From positions 69,510 to 133,509 of the forward strand of contig JBDRBE010000004.1 of the NCBI GenBank assembly GCA_043823085.1: a stretch of DNA of 64,000 nt, given 5' to 3'. The stretch comes from Candidatus Levyibacteriota bacterium (GTDB lineage Bacteria > Patescibacteriota > Microgenomatia > Levybacterales > UBA12049). Shown here one piece after another: positions 59,302-64,000 of this stretch. Within the stretch, counting starts at the first letter, position 1, and each line of letters starts with the position of its first letter. The notes beneath the pieces are model-generated. The model was not told the origin of the DNA. It was given only the letters and a program-made list of their open reading frames with translations, and did no database searches. Both the position numbers and the translations under genes were made by a program.

Positions 59302-60170
59302 ACAATTATCACACGCCTGTTCTTTTAAAAGAAATAGTTGATTTTTTAGGAGTTTCCAAGGGCAAGAAATACATTGATGCCACTTTGGGTGGAGGCGGAC
59401 ACACATTCGAAATATTAAAGTGTGGCGGAACAGTTTTGGGAATTGATGTTGACCAGGACGCGATAGACTATGTTAAATCAAAAATCAACGAAGAGAAATT
59501 AGTTTTAGTCAAAGGGAATTTCAAAGATATTGATAAAATTGCACATTCAAAAGGTTTTAATAATGTTTCTGGAATAATTTTTGATCTTGGAGTATCAAGT
59601 TTTCAACTTGAAAAAGATTCCAGAGGATTTAGTTTCCAAAAAGAAGGGCCGCTTGATATGCGAATGGACCCTTCGGGGGCATCAGGGCAAGTAAAAGCGG
59701 CAGACCTAATTAATGCTTTAACGAAAGGAGAGCTTTATGAACTATTTACTAAGCTGGGTGAAGAGCGTTTTGCTCGTACCATTTCTAACGATATTTGTAG
59801 AGCCCGTCGAGTAAAGCCAATAGAAACAACCAGTGAGTTGGCAGGAATTATAAGAAAAAGAGGATTTTTAAAAAAAATAGATCCTGCAACTCGGGTGTTC
59901 CAGGCTTTGCGAATTGCAGTAAATGACGAGCTGAATAATTTAAAAGAAGCTTTACCAAAAGCGATTGGATTATTAGAAAAAGGAGGATTGCTTGAAGTTA
60001 TTTCTTTTCATTCGCTTGAGGATAGAATTGTAAAAAATTGTTTCCAACAGTTTCAAAAAGAAGGTTTAGGAAATGTTTTGATAAAAAAACCAATTGTTCC
60101 AAGCAATGAGGAGCAGAAAATAAACAGAAGAAGCAGAAGCGCAAAATTAAGAGTATTTAAAAGAAATTAA
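59298..60170 (+). CDS. rsmH: 16S rRNA m4C1402 methyltransferase
   Basis: HTPVLL, DATLGGGGH, DLGVSSFQL, PLDMRM, SFHSLEDR, RSRSAKLR. Confidence 0.97.
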   Translation: MNNYHTPVLLKEIVDFLGVSKGKKYIDATLGGGGHTFEILKCGGTVLGIDVDQDAIDYVKSKINEEKLVLVKGNFKDIDKIAHSKGFNNVSGIIFDLGVSSFQLEKDSRGFSFQKEGPLDMRMDPSGASGQVKAADLINALTKGELYELFTKLGEERFARTISNDICRARRVKPIETTSELAGIIRKRGFLKKIDPATRVFQALRIAVNDELNNLKEALPKAIGLLEKGGLLEVISFHSLEDRIVKNCFQQFQKEGLGNVLIKKPIVPSNEEQKINRRSRSAKLRVFKRN

Positions 60171-60172
60171 AA

Positions 60173-60202
60173 TATGACCCATTCGACAAACTCAGGGTCA
60201 TA
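60173..60202. repeat. Intergenic family-B hairpin between rsmH and ftsL
   Basis: tatgaccc-attcgacaaactca-gggtcata, perfect 8-bp stem. Confidence 0.8.
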
Positions 60203-60218
60203 GTGAATGAACTGAACT

Positions 60219-60500
60219 ATGAAAAAACCAGTATTTTTTTTAACATTTTTAATATTAATTGCAGTTTCCCTTACGATTGTTCAAATATTCGTTTCAAACA
60301 GAATATCAACGACAGGTTTAGTTTTGAGTAATTTTGAAGAAGAAGCAAATAATTACGAAAGAGAAAATTCTTTGCTAAAAGAAAAACTTTTGACAATTTC
60401 CTCTCTTAATTATATTGCATCGCAAGCAGGGCAATTAGGTTTTGTGGAAGATAAATCTAAGATTTTCTTGGTAGAACCGTTGCCTTTGGCTCGACAATGA
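60219..60500 (+). CDS. ftsL: FtsL-like cell division protein
   Basis: TM plus coiled coil ending A..LGF; located between rsmH and the PBP gene. Confidence 0.7.
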   Translation: MKKPVFFLTFLILIAVSLTIVQIFVSNRISTTGLVLSNFEEEANNYERENSLLKEKLLTISSLNYIASQAGQLGFVEDKSKIFLVEPLPLARQ

Positions 60501-62176
60501 CCGCAAGACTTCGTTTTACATTTATTTTTATTATTTTATTTTTTATATTGGTTATCGCGAGACTTTTTTATTGGCAAGTTGTTAAGGCGGAAGAATTATC
60601 CCTTTTGGGTAATTCTCAATACGGTGCTTTAGTGCAAGTACAGCCTCAGAGAGGAGAAATAAAAACTTCCGATAACTTTCCTATTGCTACAAACAAACTT
60701 TCTTATCTTGTTTATGCCAGCCCTTATGAGATAAAAGACAAAATAAAAACTGCAAGATTACTTTCTTCATTTTTGGAAATGGACAATGCATCAATTAGTG
60801 CAACTTTATCAATCAAGGAGCGTGTTTGGGTTCCGATTAAATCCAAAGTGGAAAATGATGTAAAAAACACAATAGAAGAACTAAAACTTCCGGGAATTGG
60901 ATTTTCCCAGGAATCAACACGATTTTATCCGGAAGCATCTCTTGCTGCAACTCTGGTTGGTTTTGTTGGTAAAAACGATGCAGGAGGCAAAAAGGGGTAT
61001 TCTGGTTTAGAAGGATATTATGACAGACAGCTTAAAGGGAAAGAAGGAGTAACCCTTGTAATTCATGATGCGCTTGGTAAGCCAATTCTTTCTAAAATGG
61101 TTGATACGGACACTGTGAATGGCAGAACGCTTATTCTAAATGTTGACCGTTCTATTCAATTTATGATAGAGAGAAAATTAAAAGACGGAATTGAAAAATA
61201 TGGCGCAAGTGGGGGAATGGTTGGGATTTTAGATCCAAAGACAGGTAATGTTTTGGCAATGGCCTCGTTTCCGTCTTTTGACCCGAGAAGCTACTACGAA
61301 TATTCGGAGGAATTTTATAGAAATCCTTTTTTATCCAATCTTTATGAGCCAGGTTCTACATTTAAATCTTTAGTTATGGCATCTGCCCTTGACGCCGGCG
61401 TTGTAAAACCGGAAACAAAATGTAATATCTGCGATAAACCAATTTCCATTGGCGAGTACGAAATAAAAACATGGGATAATAAATATCATAAAGATTTAAA
61501 CATGATTGATGTTATTAAATATTCTGACAATACTGGAATGGTTTTTGTGGCAAAGTCAATGGGAATAACTAAAATGCTTTCTTATCTTCATGAATTTGGC
61601 ATTGGAGAATTAACCGGCATTGATTTGCAAGGTGAGGTTTCCTCATATCTTAGGCCGGAAAACAAATGGTATCCGATAGATCTTGCCACACTTGGTTTTG
61701 GCCAGGGAATTTCTGTTACTCCTATTGAATTGTTAACTGCATTTTCTTCAATTGCCAATGAGGGGAAAATGATGGAGCCCCACGTTGTTTCCAAAATCGA
61801 AACTCCGGAAGGGAAGATGCTTTCAATAGCTCCAAAAGTTTTAAGTACGCCTATAAGTTCTAAAACTGCAAAAGTTATGACAGAAATTCTTGTTAATGCT
61901 GTCAGTAATGGCGAGGCAAAATGGGCAAAACCCAAAGGTTATCGGATTGCGGGAAAAACAGGAACTTCGCAAATTCCAATAGCAGGGCATTACGATTCAA
62001 ACAAAACAGTCGCTTCTTTTATTGGTTTTGCTCCGGCAGATAATCCGAAATTTGCGATGCTGGTAATTATTGACAGGCCGACAACGTCAATTTATGGCTC
62101 CGAAACTGCCGCGCCGATTTTCTTCGATATTGCCAAAGAGATTCTTAGCTACTACAAAATCCCACCGAGTGAATAA
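60497..62176 (+). CDS. ftsI: Class B penicillin-binding protein (FtsI)
   Basis: RGEI, RFYP, SGLEG, EPGSTFK, SDN, GKTGT. Confidence 0.92.
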   Translation: MTARLRFTFIFIILFFILVIARLFYWQVVKAEELSLLGNSQYGALVQVQPQRGEIKTSDNFPIATNKLSYLVYASPYEIKDKIKTARLLSSFLEMDNASISATLSIKERVWVPIKSKVENDVKNTIEELKLPGIGFSQESTRFYPEASLAATLVGFVGKNDAGGKKGYSGLEGYYDRQLKGKEGVTLVIHDALGKPILSKMVDTDTVNGRTLILNVDRSIQFMIERKLKDGIEKYGASGGMVGILDPKTGNVLAMASFPSFDPRSYYEYSEEFYRNPFLSNLYEPGSTFKSLVMASALDAGVVKPETKCNICDKPISIGEYEIKTWDNKYHKDLNMIDVIKYSDNTGMVFVAKSMGITKMLSYLHEFGIGELTGIDLQGEVSSYLRPENKWYPIDLATLGFGQGISVTPIELLTAFSSIANEGKMMEPHVVSKIETPEGKMLSIAPKVLSTPISSKTAKVMTEILVNAVSNGEAKWAKPKGYRIAGKTGTSQIPIAGHYDSNKTVASFIGFAPADNPKFAMLVIIDRPTTSIYGSETAAPIFFDIAKEILSYYKIPPSE

Positions 62177-62261
62177 TTTAATTGTTGAACGTCTTAATAT
62201 TATTATTCGTAAAACACACATTGTGCGACACTAACCTTTTGAAAATGTTATACTTATTAGT

Positions 62262-62699
62262 ATGGCAATAATTCTTCTATTGAAAATTGATGTTGCAAAA
62301 AGAGAGTTAGACCACGCAATAAAATTGTTTCTAAACGGTGGAGATATTGTTGCTATCCATCTTGTTATATCTGCTTGCCAAGAGATATTGGGAGCCATAG
62401 GAAGATCGGATAAAAGTATAAGGTCGGAACTTTTAAAAAGGGTAAAAAAAGAGAAGCAGAAGGAGGTTGTAAATAAGCTAAACGAAGCATATAACTTTTT
62501 CAAGCATGCAGATACGGATTCGGATAAGCTGTTAAAATTTAATCCTGACGCAAGTGAATTTGCTATATTTGATTCAATTGCAATGTATCAAGCCATTACT
62601 AGTGAAGCTACGGGTTTAATGCAAGCATTTCGTGTTTGGTTTTACTTGAAGCATTCTGACATTTTATTATACGAAGAACAGAAGACTTTGTTTAATTGA
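62262..62699 (+). CDS. Hypothetical helical protein inserted in the dcw cluster (possibly C-terminally frameshifted)
   Basis: Own extended -10 at 62246-62254; AI.LF...D, NFFKHA motif. Confidence 0.6.
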   Translation: MAIILLLKIDVAKRELDHAIKLFLNGGDIVAIHLVISACQEILGAIGRSDKSIRSELLKRVKKEKQKEVVNKLNEAYNFFKHADTDSDKLLKFNPDASEFAIFDSIAMYQAITSEATGLMQAFRVWFYLKHSDILLYEEQKTLFN

Positions 62700-62914
62700 T
62701 TTTAATGATAAGCAGTTTTTTTTAGAGCTTGCAGTTCAGTTGGAAGCGAAGCGTTCTGGTAATTAACATCTTCTTGAAGACTTAAAAAGGCAAATTTTCA
62801 TTTAGGTGCGTTTTAAGAAATTAGCTTTGGAAGTAGGGGATGACTTATAAATTCCCGCATTTTTGAGACACAGGAATTAAACTGCTTTATTCTGGATTAT
62901 CAAATCAATTTCCC

Positions 62915-63174
62915 CTAGGATCGTCCCCACAGCTCCACAGCTTCAAGGGTATTTGAAGAACTGCGTTATTCCCTTGTTTCGTTGTTTCATGGCCCCAGTG
63001 TCTCCAGTGTCTCTAGTGGCCCTAGTCGCTCCAAGATCCCAAAGGCCCAAAGGCCCCAGGTTCCAAGGCCAGGCTCCTTCGGATTTAATCCTCAGGATCT
63101 ATGACTTTCGTGTGTAGATATGCTTAGAACTGTCCGTACAAAAACGGATGGTGGTTTTTGGGGTATTTGAAGAA
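62915..63174. repeat. GC-rich low-complexity block of 8/9-mer tandem repeats with a 14-bp direct repeat
   Basis: ccacagct x2, ccagtgtct x2, cccaaagg x2; gggtatttgaagaa at 62947 and 63161. Confidence 0.7.
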
Positions 63175-63196
63175 TTACACCGGAAAAAGGTATAAT
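63167..63196 (+). promoter_or_regulatory. Putative murE promoter
   Basis: TTGAAG-18 bp-TATAAT, 26 nt upstream of ATG 63223. Confidence 0.55.
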
Positions 63197-63222
63197 ATAG
63201 AGATTACCTGCGACTTTTTTTT

Positions 63223-64000
63223 ATGTGGCAAGATATTAAAAATATATATCATCTTTTTAATGCTGTTTTGGCAAATGGTTTATATGGGTTTCCGTCCAGG
63301 AAATTGACCGTAATTGGGGTTACAGGGACAGACGGAAAGACCACAACTGTTAATTTAATTTATCATATTCTTCAAAAAGCAGGACGCCATGCTTCGATGA
63401 TTTCTTCAATTGGCGCAATTATTAATGGAAAAGCATCAGACATTGGTTTTCACGTAACTACGCCGTCTCCCTGGAGTCTGCAAAAATTTATTAAGAAAGC
63501 CAAAGGTTTTTTGGTTCTTGAAGTTACTTCGCATGCGCTTGATCAACACAGAGTTTGGGGGATAAAGTTTGATGTTGGAGTTTTGACAAATGTTACGCAT
63601 GAGCACCTAGATTACCACAAAACATATGAAAACTACGTCAGAACTAAATCTAGGCTGTTTGGGATGGCAAAAAAAGCAGTTATTAATAGAGATGATAAGT
63701 CGTTCAAAGCTCCCGCCTTCGCCCCTTCGACTCCGCTCAGGGCTTCGGCGGGCAAGCAAAATTCAAAGCTAATAACTTATGGCATGAGTAAGAGTGCGGA
63801 TTTAAACCCTCAAAATTTCCCTTTTGAGACAAAATTGCTTGGAGAGTTCAACCGGTATAATATTTTGGCTGCAGTTGGGGCGTGTAAAGCCTTAGGTTTA
63901 AGCGATAAAGAGATAAGAGAGGGAATTGAAGGTTTTGAAGCGCCAAAAGGAAGAGGAGAAATAGTTTATGAAAATAGTTTTTATGTGATGATAGATTTTG
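63223..64000 (+). CDS. murE: UDP-MurNAc-tripeptide synthetase, 3'-truncated by the window edge
   Basis: My translation: FPSRKLTVIGVTGTDGKTTT, HVTTP, LEVTSHALDQHR, TNVTHEHLDYHKT, GEFNRYN, GR..IDF. Confidence 0.93.
   Translation, partial: MWQDIKNIYHLFNAVLANGLYGFPSRKLTVIGVTGTDGKTTTVNLIYHILQKAGRHASMISSIGAIINGKASDIGFHVTTPSPWSLQKFIKKAKGFLVLEVTSHALDQHRVWGIKFDVGVLTNVTHEHLDYHKTYENYVRTKSRLFGMAKKAVINRDDKSFKAPAFAPSTPLRASAGKQNSKLITYGMSKSADLNPQNFPFETKLLGEFNRYNILAAVGACKALGLSDKEIREGIEGFEAPKGRGEIVYENSFYVMIDF
63705..63770 (+). repeat. Three-layer nested element in murE, in frame
   Basis: caaagct [cccgccttcgcc (ccttcgactccgctcagg) gcttcggcgggcaag] caaaatt caaagct. Confidence 0.88.

Noticed and set aside
161-62503. 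Dozens of 60-140 aa ORFs antisense or out of frame to long genes
   Set aside because: Shadow ORFs fully overlapping well-supported CDSs, with no recognisable motifs.
62915-63174. Possible CRISPR array
   Set aside because: Only two 14-bp repeats 214 bp apart; no regular repeat-spacer period and no cas genes.
1-64000. Transposase, integrase, reverse transcriptase/DGR, rRNA/tRNA genes, Wzx or Wzm/Wzt flippase
   Set aside because: No supporting motifs found by eye in this window.

Overview
AT-rich bacterial chromosome segment, most likely Patescibacteria/CPR (Microgenomates-like). This assignment is inferred from gene content: homodimeric GlyQS, DUF4012-like protein, a minimal dcw cluster and many GT-C membrane proteins. 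Bases ~1-55.8 kb are one very large surface-glycan locus. It encodes nucleotide-sugar enzymes (RfbF, Ugd, a UXS/ArnA-like decarboxylase, FnlA/split FnlB/FnlC, DegT aminotransferase, formyltransferase, PIG-L deacylase, ManC), about 12 soluble GT2/GT4 genes, 8 SAM methyltransferases (one frameshifted at an A10 tract), at least 6 multi-TM GT-C-type modules and a priming sugar transferase. Bases ~55.8-64 kb hold recO, a small AbrB-like gene, glyQS, mraZ-rsmH-ftsL-ftsI, an inserted accessory stretch and the 5' part of murE. The most striking unexplained signal is more than 20 short DNA elements: CAAANNT-type 7-mer tandem arrays and several families of GC-rich hairpins, sometimes nested inside each other. 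Most are inserted in frame into protein loops, including in glyQS, rsmH and murE, and they repeatedly hit the same loops of paralogous GT4 genes. Also notable are a dispersed set of enzyme families matching the Arn (L-Ara4N) pathway, a three-member family of small membrane proteins, and many apparently leaderless promoters. All calls are by eye; no database searches were run.
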